Below, piece after piece: positions 51,066 through 59,042 of a DNA stretch of 64,000 nt. This stretch comes from Rhodobacteraceae bacterium CG17_big_fil_post_rev_8_21_14_2_50_63_15. GTDB taxonomy: Bacteria; Pseudomonadota; Alphaproteobacteria; Rhodobacterales; Rhodobacteraceae. Made by a program: the position numbers and the translations under genes. Where the stretch lies: assembly GCA_002783205.1 (NCBI GenBank), contig PFEY01000060.1, positions 95,574 to 159,573 on the forward strand, read 5' to 3'. Under the pieces are notes generated by a model that made no database searches, was not told the origin of the DNA, and worked only from the letters and a program-made list of their open reading frames with translations. Position 1 is the stretch's first letter, and every line of letters begins with the position of its first letter.

Positions 51066-51082
51066 TGGTGGACCTGACAGGA
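51066..51082 (-). repeat. att-like tRNA 3'-end fragment marking the island's left border
   Basis: Minus strand TCCTGTCAGGTCCACCA has exact tRNA 3' geometry (T-stem strand CCTGT, acceptor strand CAGGTCC, discriminator A, CCA); preceded by a TTCGA T-loop mimic; no full tRNA here. Confidence 0.7.
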
Positions 51083-51167
51083 GAAGAGTCGAACCTCCTG
51101 TTTGAAGTTCTTCAGGACTGGGAACACCATCTCGCACAACTGGACCTGAACGGTCTGGCGGTGCACG

Positions 51168-51611
51168 ATGACAAGCCTAAACCATGAATTCAATAAGTTA
51201 GCGGCCAAGCCCGAGCCAAAGCATCCGAAGCCGTTCTCACTGCGGCTCAGCTTCGATGAGCGGGGCATTCTGGAGCATGACGCAGCGGGGAAGGCTCTTG
51301 GCGCGTATATTCGTGATCGCCTCTTCGGCGATGATGTGACCCCGCGCACGGTGCGGGGGAGAACTCCTGTGAAGGATCACGCCGCCCTCGGGCGCGTGCT
51401 TGGGGCGCTTGGCGCGTCGCGCCTGTCTGCCAACCTGAACCAACTGGCAAAGGCCGTGAACACGGGCTCGCTGCCCGTCACCCCCGAAACCGAAGAGGAT
51501 CTGCGGCAGGCTTGCAAAGATGTGCAGGCGATGCGCCGCGATCTCCTGATCGCGCTCGGGCTAAATCAAGCAGGATCAGGCTCCAAAACCGGACCGGATT
51601 TGAAGCCATGA
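51168..51611 (+). CDS. mobC: Relaxosome accessory protein MobC
   Basis: FSLRLSFDER RHH-like start; LGASRLSANLNQLAKAVNTG MobC motif; overlaps relaxase start. Confidence 0.85.
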   Translation: MTSLNHEFNKLAAKPEPKHPKPFSLRLSFDERGILEHDAAGKALGAYIRDRLFGDDVTPRTVRGRTPVKDHAALGRVLGALGASRLSANLNQLAKAVNTGSLPVTPETEEDLRQACKDVQAMRRDLLIALGLNQAGSGSKTGPDLKP

Positions 51612-52915
51612 TCATTAAGGCCAAAGAACGCGGCTGCGGCGCGCAACTGGCGCGTTACCTGCTGACCATGCGGGACAACGATCATGTCGAGCTGCATGAG
51701 GTGCGCGGCTTTGTCACCGATGATCTGCGCGGCGCGTTCTGCGAAGCCGATGCCATTGCCGCAGGCACGCGCTGCCAGAACCATCTGTTTTCGATCAGCC
51801 TGAACCCGCCGCAGGATGCGACGGTCACAGCCGAAGAGTTCGAAGCGGCGGCAAACGAGATCGAGCGCAAGCTCGGCCTAGAAGGTCAGCCGCGCGCGAT
51901 TATCTTCCACGAGAAAGACGGGCGGCGGCACGCCCATGTCGTCTGGTCGCGCATCGATGCGGAGCGGATGCGGGCGATCAACCTTTCACACTACAAACTG
52001 CACTTGCGCGATGTGTCGCGTGATCTGTTCCGCTCGCATGGCTGGGACATGCCCAAAGGGCTGCGCGACTGGCGGGAACGCGATCCGCAGAGCTTCACCC
52101 GCGAGGAATGGCAGCAAGCGCGGCGCGCGGGGCTTGACCCAAAACACATCAAGGCGCTGTTTCAGGAATGCTGGAGCCGTTCGGACTCGGGCGCATCCTT
52201 CGCCCAAGCGCTCAAAGAGCGGGGATTCACGCTGGCGCGGGGTGATCGGCGCGGCGTTGTCGCCGTCGACTATCGCGGCGAAGTCTATGCCGTCGCACGG
52301 CAGGCAGGCGTGAAGACAAAGGACGTTGTTGCGCGCATCGGCGATGCCGAAGCCCTGCCCTCGGTCGATCAGGCCAAGGCCACATTGGCCGCGCAGATGA
52401 CGGATCGGATCAAGGGATTTATCCGTCAGGCCGAGCTTGAGGCGGGGCAAGGCCGTCAAGCGCTTGAATTCCGCCGAAGCGAGATGGCGGGACGGCATCG
52501 GGAAGAGCGCAGGGCGCTGCGCGAAGCACATGAGGCGCGCTGGACAGCCGAAACCAATGCGCGGGCGGCACGGTTGCCGCGCGGCTTCTCGGGCATCTGG
52601 CATCGCATCACGGGTAAATACAGCAAGATCAGGGAACAGAACGAGCGTGCCGCCTGGGCGGCGCTGCTGCGGGATCGTGCGGAGCGTGACGATTTGGTTG
52701 CGATGCAACTCGATGAGCGCCGCGATCTGCAACACGACATTCGGCAACAGCGCGAGCGGCAACAGGCCGATCTGCTGCTGCTGCGCGAGGATGTCGCCCG
52801 CTATCAGGAGATGGCGCTGCCTGACCGCACAGCGGAACGGCGCGAACTGGATCGCGAAGGGCGGCAACGGACACGCGGGCGCGACAGAGGGCGCGATTAT
52901 GGATTTGAACGATAG
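51608..52915 (+). CDS. MOBP/VirD2-like relaxase
   Basis: Candidate catalytic Tyr in LARYLL; FSISLNP motif II; HEKDGRRHAHVVW His triad; coiled-coil tail ending RTRGRDRGRDYGFER. Confidence 0.88.
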   Translation: MIIKAKERGCGAQLARYLLTMRDNDHVELHEVRGFVTDDLRGAFCEADAIAAGTRCQNHLFSISLNPPQDATVTAEEFEAAANEIERKLGLEGQPRAIIFHEKDGRRHAHVVWSRIDAERMRAINLSHYKLHLRDVSRDLFRSHGWDMPKGLRDWRERDPQSFTREEWQQARRAGLDPKHIKALFQECWSRSDSGASFAQALKERGFTLARGDRRGVVAVDYRGEVYAVARQAGVKTKDVVARIGDAEALPSVDQAKATLAAQMTDRIKGFIRQAELEAGQGRQALEFRRSEMAGRHREERRALREAHEARWTAETNARAARLPRGFSGIWHRITGKYSKIREQNERAAWAALLRDRAERDDLVAMQLDERRDLQHDIRQQRERQQADLLLLREDVARYQEMALPDRTAERRELDREGRQRTRGRDRGRDYGFER

Positions 52916-52933
52916 CGAAAGGAGCACCGAATA

Positions 52934-53299
52934 ATGACATTTGATGGCAAGAAACTCGATGCAAAACAAAAGGAAGAGCTGCGGGCGGAAATCGCGCGGG
53001 TTCAAGAAATATATAATCACATCACGCGCGAGCATCTGTTTGACGACAGCATGCAGCGCGTGGTGCTGACCCTTCCGAAGCCCGTCATCCACCTCGCCCA
53101 GTTTCTTTCGATACTGGAAGAGCGTCCGTTGCCTGGCTCGCTGCACCTATGGCAGTATGTTAGCGGGAAAGGTGCGGATGATCCGACGCCTTCCCGGAAT
53201 GCCAAGCGGATCATGCGGGCGTGGCTTGAGCAGGAAGTCACGACGCGGGTTCATGTGGCCTTGCTCCAGATGTGCGCCGAGCTGAAGGACGAGGACTGA
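52934..53299 (+). CDS. Hypothetical protein
   Basis: AAAGGAG RBS; 121 aa; followed by a terminator; no recognised motif. Confidence 0.7.
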   Translation: MTFDGKKLDAKQKEELRAEIARVQEIYNHITREHLFDDSMQRVVLTLPKPVIHLAQFLSILEERPLPGSLHLWQYVSGKGADDPTPSRNAKRIMRAWLEQEVTTRVHVALLQMCAELKDED

Positions 53300-53328
53300 A
53301 ATCCCGCTGCGGTATGCGGATAAGTGGA

Positions 53329-53353
53329 GGGAGCGCCTAAGCGCTCCCTTTTT
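53329..53353 (+). terminator. Intrinsic terminator of the mob operon
   Basis: GGGAGCGC-CTAA-GCGCTCCC followed by TTTTT. Confidence 0.8.
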
Positions 53354-53573
53354 CGTTCTTGTCGTCGCCGCTGTGAACAGGCTCGTCGAGCGGCTGGCGG
53401 AGGACGATACGGCCATTGATGGGCATCACTTCGAGCTGGAGCGTGAAGCCCTTGCTGTCCTTGTGCGCCCACGCCGCGCCGACCTTGTTCCAGAACGATT
53501 TCTCGCCCTTGTCGGTGACGTGCCACGCCAGCTGGTGCGGGCAGGATATTGATGGCTGACCGCGTTCGGTCAG
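53337..53573 (-). pseudogene. Small plasmid-type gene lacking a standard start codon; not in ORF track
   Basis: Manual translation LTERGQPSISCPHQLAWHVTDKGEKSFWNKVGAAWAHKDSKGFTLQLEVMPINGRIVLRQPLDEP...; resembles small alphaproteobacterial plasmid proteins; no ATG/GTG/TTG between the in-frame TAA and the conserved core. Confidence 0.55.
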
Positions 53574-53878
53574 GAAGTCAGGCGGTTAAGAACGGGGCAA
53601 TTCCGAGGGAAAGGTCTGATTCATCGCGGTTCAGCACGAAACCTGCGCTCTCCCGCATCCATGCACTCCTCTGGCTTTCCCGTGGCTCTGTCTTTCAGGT
53701 CATCCGAGATCAGTTCTGGCATAGAAGGCTCTGGCAATGCACAAGGCGGCAAGGCTGCCTGCTTCACGCTGTTGCGCCCCCCAGCAATTTCTTGGGGGTG
53801 TCCATCAAGCCTTCGAAGCATCTCCCGCTCCCGAAACGACCTGGAAAGGCCAGGTCGAGAACGGAAAAGGAGATTCAC

Positions 53879-54082
53879 ATGAACACGATCATCACACAGA
53901 ACGAGTTGAACAGGCTCACGTTTCAGGAACTCGGAGAGTTGCATCAGTTGCTAACGCTGCTGCTGGCAGAGGCCGATCCGGCATCGCAGGAACGCCGCAA
54001 TATCCTGGCATCGCTTGCAAACGTCGCCCGTGCCCGTGCTGGCAGGTCAAGACCAGTCGCACGACCGCCACAGCCACGCTGA
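53879..54082 (+). CDS. 67-aa helical hypothetical protein
   Basis: AAAGGAG RBS before ATG 53879; ERRNILASLANV segment; followed by hairpin 54091-54113. Confidence 0.7.
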   Translation: MNTIITQNELNRLTFQELGELHQLLTLLLAEADPASQERRNILASLANVARARAGRSRPVARPPQPR

Positions 54083-54134
54083 CGCGGCTCGCAGCCCGCA
54101 AGCGGCGGGCTGCTGTCCTGCGCAAGGCGCAAAC

Positions 54135-54177
54135 TGGCCAACCAACCGGCCATGGAACCGGCCACCTATGCGGCCAT
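54135..54177 (+). repeat. Four GGCCA repeats with exact 12-bp period upstream of fic
   Basis: GGCCA begins at 54136, 54148, 54160 and 54172. Confidence 0.75.
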
Positions 54178-54267
54178 AAACTTGCTGACAAACAGGCTAA
54201 ACATATGCTATTCTTTACTAAATTAGAACGATTGAGCTGCCTTAGAAGCGGCCAAATGCGAGGAAGA

Positions 54268-55461
54268 ATGACGCTAAGAGATGATGGAGAGACCATAGGC
54301 TTATTCGAGCCGCTGATGGTCAGCGAGGGTTCGCCGCACAGGGGCGAGCTGAACGATCTTGCCCTCGATCTCGCCGCGCGCGCCGCCGCCTTCCGCAGCA
54401 GTTTGCCGGATCAGGTCGCGTCGGCTCTCGCCACCCTCATCCGCTCCATGAATTGCTACTACAGCAACCTGATCGAGGGTCACAACACGCACCCTATCGA
54501 TATCGAGCGCGCTCTGCATGACGACTACAGCGCCGATCCCGAGAAGCGCGACCTCCAGCTCGAAGCCAAGGCGCATATTGCCGTCCAGAAATGGATCGAT
54601 GACGACGGGCTGACGGAGCCCCCGACAACACCAGCGATGATCAAGGAAATTCATCGGAAGTTCTGTGAGCTGCTGCCCGCAGATTTGCTCTTCGTGGAGA
54701 TGCCGAGTACCGGCGAGCACATCCCCGTCATTCCTGGTGAGCTAAGGGAACGGGATGTCGAAGTCGGTCGCCATGTTGCCGTCAGCCCTGGCGCTGTCCC
54801 AAGATTCCTTGACCGCCTGAATCAGGCATACCGCACGGCAGGCCGGATTGAGTCGATCCTCGCGTCAGCTTGCGCGCACCACAGGTTATTGTGGGTTCAC
54901 CCATTTCTGGACGGCAACGGACGCGTGGCGCGCCTCATGTCCTACGCCATGCTGCGCGGCTCGCTGAATACTGGCGGCCTCTGGTCGATCGCGCGCGGAC
55001 TCGCTCGCAACGAAACGGCTTACAAACAACACTTGCAAGCATGTGACGAGCCAAGGCGCGGCGACATGGACGGGCGCGGTACGCTCAGCGAAGCGGCGCT
55101 CGCTTCTTTCACAAAATTCTTCCTGCAAACCTGCATCGATCAAGTCGCCTTTATGGAAGGATTGATGAAGCCGGATCGGCTGCGTGATCGGATCATGATC
55201 TGGGCGGAAGAGGAAATTCGCGGCGGACGGCTTCCGCTGAAATCTGACGCGGTTCTGCGTGCAATCCTTTATGAGGGTGAACTAAAGCGCGGTGCGGTGG
55301 CGGATATCTTGGGCGCGAGTGACCGAACGGCGCGGCGCGTGACATCGGCACTGATCGATGCGGGCGCGCTGACATCTGAAAGCTCACGCGCACCCTTGGT
55401 TCTGGCATTTCCGGCAACACTTGCTGGGCGCTGGATGCCTGGCCTCTTCCCTGACCAATAA
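54268..55461 (+). CDS. Fic-family protein, class II, with C-terminal HTH
   Basis: Catalytic HPFLDGNGRVAR; N-terminal inhibitory SNLIEG (SxxxEG); C-terminal GASDRTARRVTSAL HTH; start at ATG 54268 after GAGGA. Confidence 0.9.
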   Translation: MTLRDDGETIGLFEPLMVSEGSPHRGELNDLALDLAARAAAFRSSLPDQVASALATLIRSMNCYYSNLIEGHNTHPIDIERALHDDYSADPEKRDLQLEAKAHIAVQKWIDDDGLTEPPTTPAMIKEIHRKFCELLPADLLFVEMPSTGEHIPVIPGELRERDVEVGRHVAVSPGAVPRFLDRLNQAYRTAGRIESILASACAHHRLLWVHPFLDGNGRVARLMSYAMLRGSLNTGGLWSIARGLARNETAYKQHLQACDEPRRGDMDGRGTLSEAALASFTKFFLQTCIDQVAFMEGLMKPDRLRDRIMIWAEEEIRGGRLPLKSDAVLRAILYEGELKRGAVADILGASDRTARRVTSALIDAGALTSESSRAPLVLAFPATLAGRWMPGLFPDQ

Positions 55462-55515
55462 CTTAAGGCACGCATTGTCTGCATGCCAATCAATGGATGG
55501 GCGCAGTTAATCGTC

Positions 55516-55567
55516 TTGCCTATCTATAGATAGGCAATTCGCGGCTGACCGAGCGGTCAGCCGCGAA
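55516..55567. terminator. Two adjacent palindromes between convergent genes
   Basis: TTGCCTATCTATAGATAGGCAA (perfect 22-mer) and TTCGCGGCTGACCG-AG-CGGTCAGCCGCGAA followed by ATTTT. Confidence 0.6.
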
Positions 55568-55579
55568 ATTTTGACGTTG

Positions 55580-55840
55580 TCAGAACAGCGATAGCTGCGC
55601 GCCGCCCCAGCCTTTGCGGGCGGCTTCATGATCAAGCCAAGCGGTCACGAATGCGGCTGCGTCGCCGTACTCGGCAACACTACCAAGCGGAAAATATTCC
55701 GAGCGGTAGCCTGTTTCTGTCACGGGCAGCGGCGTCTTGCCTTCGGTGCGCAGCTCTATGTGATCGGTCACGCCCCATTTTTTTGGGGTATAGGTGATCT
55801 CGATCCCGATTCCGCGCCATACGATTGTATGCTTTTCCAT
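55580..55840 (-). CDS. 86-aa hypothetical protein ending in the beta-clamp motif QLSLF
   Basis: GGAG RBS; 32 bp downstream of ardC; TETGYRSEY core; C-terminus AQLSLF-stop verified from DNA. Confidence 0.8.
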   Translation of the reverse strand: MEKHTIVWRGIGIEITYTPKKWGVTDHIELRTEGKTPLPVTETGYRSEYFPLGSVAEYGDAAAFVTAWLDHEAARKGWGGAQLSLF

Positions 55841-55872
55841 GGGTCAGCCCTCCTTACGGGCAGAGCCGCCGC

Positions 55873-56775
55873 TTACGCGGCGACTCCTTCCTGCTGTTCG
55901 GTTTGCTGTTGAAAACCATGCAGAAAATCCGCTGCCTTTTGGGCGTGTGCTGCGGCGCTGAAGATCGCGCGCTTGTCGTTCCGCAGAACCTTGAGCCAGC
56001 TTTGAATATAGGCGGCGTGATCGGTGCCAGGTTCTGGCGTCAGGGCAAGATCGGCGCAGAGGAACGCCGCGCCAAGCTCGGCAACAAGTTCCTCACGGGC
56101 GTATCCTTCATCGCCCCATGACTTGCGTCCGAATTCACGGTCAAGGCGTTTGGGGTGCTTCGTCCAGTGGGTCAGCTCGTGGGCAAGGGTCGCATAGTAG
56201 GCTTCGGGGCTGCGGAAGCTCTCGAAAAACGGCATCTGCACGTGATCGCTGCCGCCGCTGTAGTAAGCCCTGTTCCCGCCGTTGCGGATGTCGGCACGGG
56301 TGGCGGCAAAGAACGCCTCGGCATGCTCGATCCGCTCCGCGCCATCGATCACAGGCTCGGGCTTGCGGTAGAAATGTTCGGGCAAGCCATCGATCTGTTC
56401 GACGTTGAAAACGCTGTAGCCCTTCATGAACGGGATTTTCCGCTCTTCGGCGCTGCCGTCGTCCTGCTCTTCGGTCTTGGTGATGGTGTTGGCATAGACA
56501 ACGAGGTTGCCGCGCTCGCCCTTGCGGACATGCGCCCCGAATTCTGCTGCTTGGCGGTAGGTCATCCAGAACGGGGAAATATAACCGCCTTCCATCGCCG
56601 CGCCCCACAGCATCAGCACGTTGATTCCGCTGTAGGGCATGCCGTTGTGCCGTAGGGGCTTGATGATCCGCCCTTCGGTGTTTGCGGCGCTCCATGGCTT
56701 CAGCCATGTCAGTTCGCCTTGCTCCAGATCGGCAATGATCTTGTCGGTCACTTTCTGGTAAATGTCTTGTTTCAT
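55873..56775 (-). CDS. ardC: ArdC antirestriction protein (ssDNA-binding N-domain plus zincin-like domain)
   Basis: DIYQKVTDKII..LE.G...W.KPW, YSGINVLML, WMTYRQA, VFNVEQ, HELTHW and YAREELVAE; start at ATG 56775. Confidence 0.92.
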   Translation of the reverse strand: MKQDIYQKVTDKIIADLEQGELTWLKPWSAANTEGRIIKPLRHNGMPYSGINVLMLWGAAMEGGYISPFWMTYRQAAEFGAHVRKGERGNLVVYANTITKTEEQDDGSAEERKIPFMKGYSVFNVEQIDGLPEHFYRKPEPVIDGAERIEHAEAFFAATRADIRNGGNRAYYSGGSDHVQMPFFESFRSPEAYYATLAHELTHWTKHPKRLDREFGRKSWGDEGYAREELVAELGAAFLCADLALTPEPGTDHAAYIQSWLKVLRNDKRAIFSAAAHAQKAADFLHGFQQQTEQQEGVAA

Positions 56776-56849
56776 TGTCTTTTTCCCTTCATTGGATAGT
56801 CGGTTGCACATGCAACCGAGCTAGGCGCGCGCCAATGAGCGGGGGGGGT

Positions 56850-56980
56850 GCGGTCAAGACCCGCGCGGCGTGAGGGGGATCACCCGCCCTGCACAAATGA
56901 AATGCGGAAGGACGGGGATACGCGCCGCGCGCGCCCGAAAGGGCGTTCAGGTCTTGATGGCTGGGGGCCGCAAGCCCCTT
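56850..56980 (-). promoter_or_regulatory. Multi-hairpin structured leader upstream of ardC
   Basis: TCAAGACC/GGTCTTGA (56854-61/56950-57), GCGCGGCG/CGCCGCGC (56863-70/56923-30), CGCCC-GAAA-GGGCG and GGGGC-CGCAA-GCCCC; TTGACC on the ardC strand. Confidence 0.5.
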
Positions 56981-57182
56981 TAACTTTGGGAAATAGAGTC
57001 AGCCCGACGAGGCTGTCAGTATTCTGTCTTCACGCGAGGGATCGAAGCCGAACGGCCGAAACCGCTTGGGTTCGGTTCATGAGAGCCGGCTCCGAAGGAC
57101 GCGCTCAGATTAAACCACGTAATAGTGAAGCTTCACCGACTTGAAAAGGCGGCAAAATACTCGAAAGCTTATGCATATGTCG

Positions 57183-59042
57183 TTAAGGCCTGTTAATAAA
57201 GGAAACGTTTGCGACTTTGAGCTTCTCAACAAAATCCTTGATGTTTCTTGCTCCCCTTGAGTCCTTAGTAAACGAAAAATAGACGCGTTCACGCGCCCTC
57301 GATAGCGCTACGAAGAAAACATTTACGTCATCGTCATTTCCCCAAAAGGCATCATCATTAAATTCGACAAAGACCACTGTGTGATACTCAAGCCCTTTGC
57401 TTTTATGGATCGTCATTAACCGAACAGATTCCGCACCCTCCATGTTCGAAATGCATTCAGACCAGCTACTTGTACCTTCTCGGCACTCATCAAGGAAAAC
57501 CCTGAAGCCCGTAATTACGGTATCTAAGCGCTCGCCTCCTACATATTCCCGATAGGTGCGTTGCAACTCGCCACGCGATATGAATGCTAATATAAGGTCG
57601 GAAATTTCCTGTCCCTCAACTTGACTAGGTTCCCTGCCGTCAATGAGGTCATTTAATTGAGAGATTAAACTCCTTACTGCAAAAAGAGCTTCGCTATGCC
57701 CTTGGTCACTATTGAGGTCAGCTCCGCGGACATCTGCGATTGTGTTGCGACATTCTTTAAATGGTTCTCCAACTCTAACATTTACTGAGAGCTTTAGTGC
57801 AGACAACAGAAATGCATATGCTTTTTCTTTCAGCAGATCTTGGATCGCAATCCCTCCGACTAGTCTTGCTTCGTTCCTGAGCTTTAAGCCCCTTTCCTTG
57901 AAGTTAGACTTAATGCGGTCTTCCACATCGTTAATTCTCAACCGAGCCAAAATAACAAAGTCTGTGGGCCTCAAGTTAGAGTTGTCTGCAAGCTCCTTCG
58001 CCACATAGGAAGCAAGATATTCACCTTCGTCCTGCCGGGTCTCAAACACCCATCCTTCAACAGCGTTCTCAGGTACTGGTTCATCATGGCGCGCGCATTC
58101 AGTTGGGATGAAACTTTCATCAAACGTAGCAGTCAGACCATTGATAAGTTCAACAATTTTAGCGTTTGATCGAAAATTAAAAAGAAGCCGTTTATCGGTC
58201 GCGATGAAGTCTGCTTCAAATTGGTCAAAGATATCTGCGCGAGCTCCTGCCCAACGCATAATGGCCTGATTTGTGTCACCGACAGCGGTAAGGATAGAAC
58301 TTGAACCCCAAAAGGCTACTTTGACTAAGTCGTACTGGCGCTGGGTTACATCTTGAAACTCATCCAAGAACACATGTGAATATGTGCTCCTCAAGGCCGA
58401 CAAAATGCTATCATGGCTTTGAAGAATTTGAATAGCCAAGAGCTTAATCATATCAAAAGTAAGGCACGAAGGCGATGCGCCAATTTGATCGCGCCACCAA
58501 ATCCACTGGATTTGTTGTTCTATCGTCGTAGCATCCTCCAAGTTGGTAGTAGGAACAGAACTGTGTGTGATCTGTTCAAGCTGCTTACCGTTTTTTGATC
58601 TGATGCCAGGATAGTCATTACTGTTCTTGTTTCCAAAATCCTCCCAGATATCTCGGCTTGGAAAGATAATTTTATAGTCTGGAGACGGGCGCAGCTGGGC
58701 TGGTATCGCCTCTAAGAACTGATCGACAATTCTCTTTGCGAACGCATCAAGTGTTAAAGATTCAAATCTGTTCGCGTGGGCGGTGTCAGATCGTTCGGAA
58801 ACCCGCTCCAGCAAGTTGCGTGCGGCATCAACTTTGAAAGAAATTGCTAAAATGCGGCGTGGAGGTGGGCACAATCCAGTCGCAAGCAAATATGCAGCTC
58901 GTTGCGCCAATAGTTCTGTCTTTCCGGCGCCTGGACCGGCCGATACAGAAATCGAAGAATCTGATCGGACAATCTCTAGCGCTGTCCCTTCTAAACGTAT
59001 CTGTGGGGAGGATTTCCAGTCATCGGGAAGGACATAGGTCAT
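57183..59042 (-). CDS. gajB: UvrD/SF1 helicase, Gabija GajB-like
   Basis: AGPGAGKT, FLDEFQD, VGDTNQAI, NFRS, MTIHKSKGLE and FVALSRA; ATGA overlap with the OLD nuclease stop. Confidence 0.8.
   Translation of the reverse strand: MTYVLPDDWKSSPQIRLEGTALEIVRSDSSISVSAGPGAGKTELLAQRAAYLLATGLCPPPRRILAISFKVDAARNLLERVSERSDTAHANRFESLTLDAFAKRIVDQFLEAIPAQLRPSPDYKIIFPSRDIWEDFGNKNSNDYPGIRSKNGKQLEQITHSSVPTTNLEDATTIEQQIQWIWWRDQIGASPSCLTFDMIKLLAIQILQSHDSILSALRSTYSHVFLDEFQDVTQRQYDLVKVAFWGSSSILTAVGDTNQAIMRWAGARADIFDQFEADFIATDKRLLFNFRSNAKIVELINGLTATFDESFIPTECARHDEPVPENAVEGWVFETRQDEGEYLASYVAKELADNSNLRPTDFVILARLRINDVEDRIKSNFKERGLKLRNEARLVGGIAIQDLLKEKAYAFLLSALKLSVNVRVGEPFKECRNTIADVRGADLNSDQGHSEALFAVRSLISQLNDLIDGREPSQVEGQEISDLILAFISRGELQRTYREYVGGERLDTVITGFRVFLDECREGTSSWSECISNMEGAESVRLMTIHKSKGLEYHTVVFVEFNDDAFWGNDDDVNVFFVALSRARERVYFSFTKDSRGARNIKDFVEKLKVANVSFINRP

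Noticed and set aside
50987-51187. 66-aa ORF spanning the att site
   Set aside because: Reads through the tRNA-derived junction and has no RBS; most likely incidental
49674-57028. Exact 16-bp repeat CTGTCAGTATTCTGTC at 49674-49689 and 57013-57028 as possible att sites
   Set aside because: About one chance 16-mer repeat is expected in 64 kb, it would enclose the core gene dinB, and a better tRNA-type att exists at 51066
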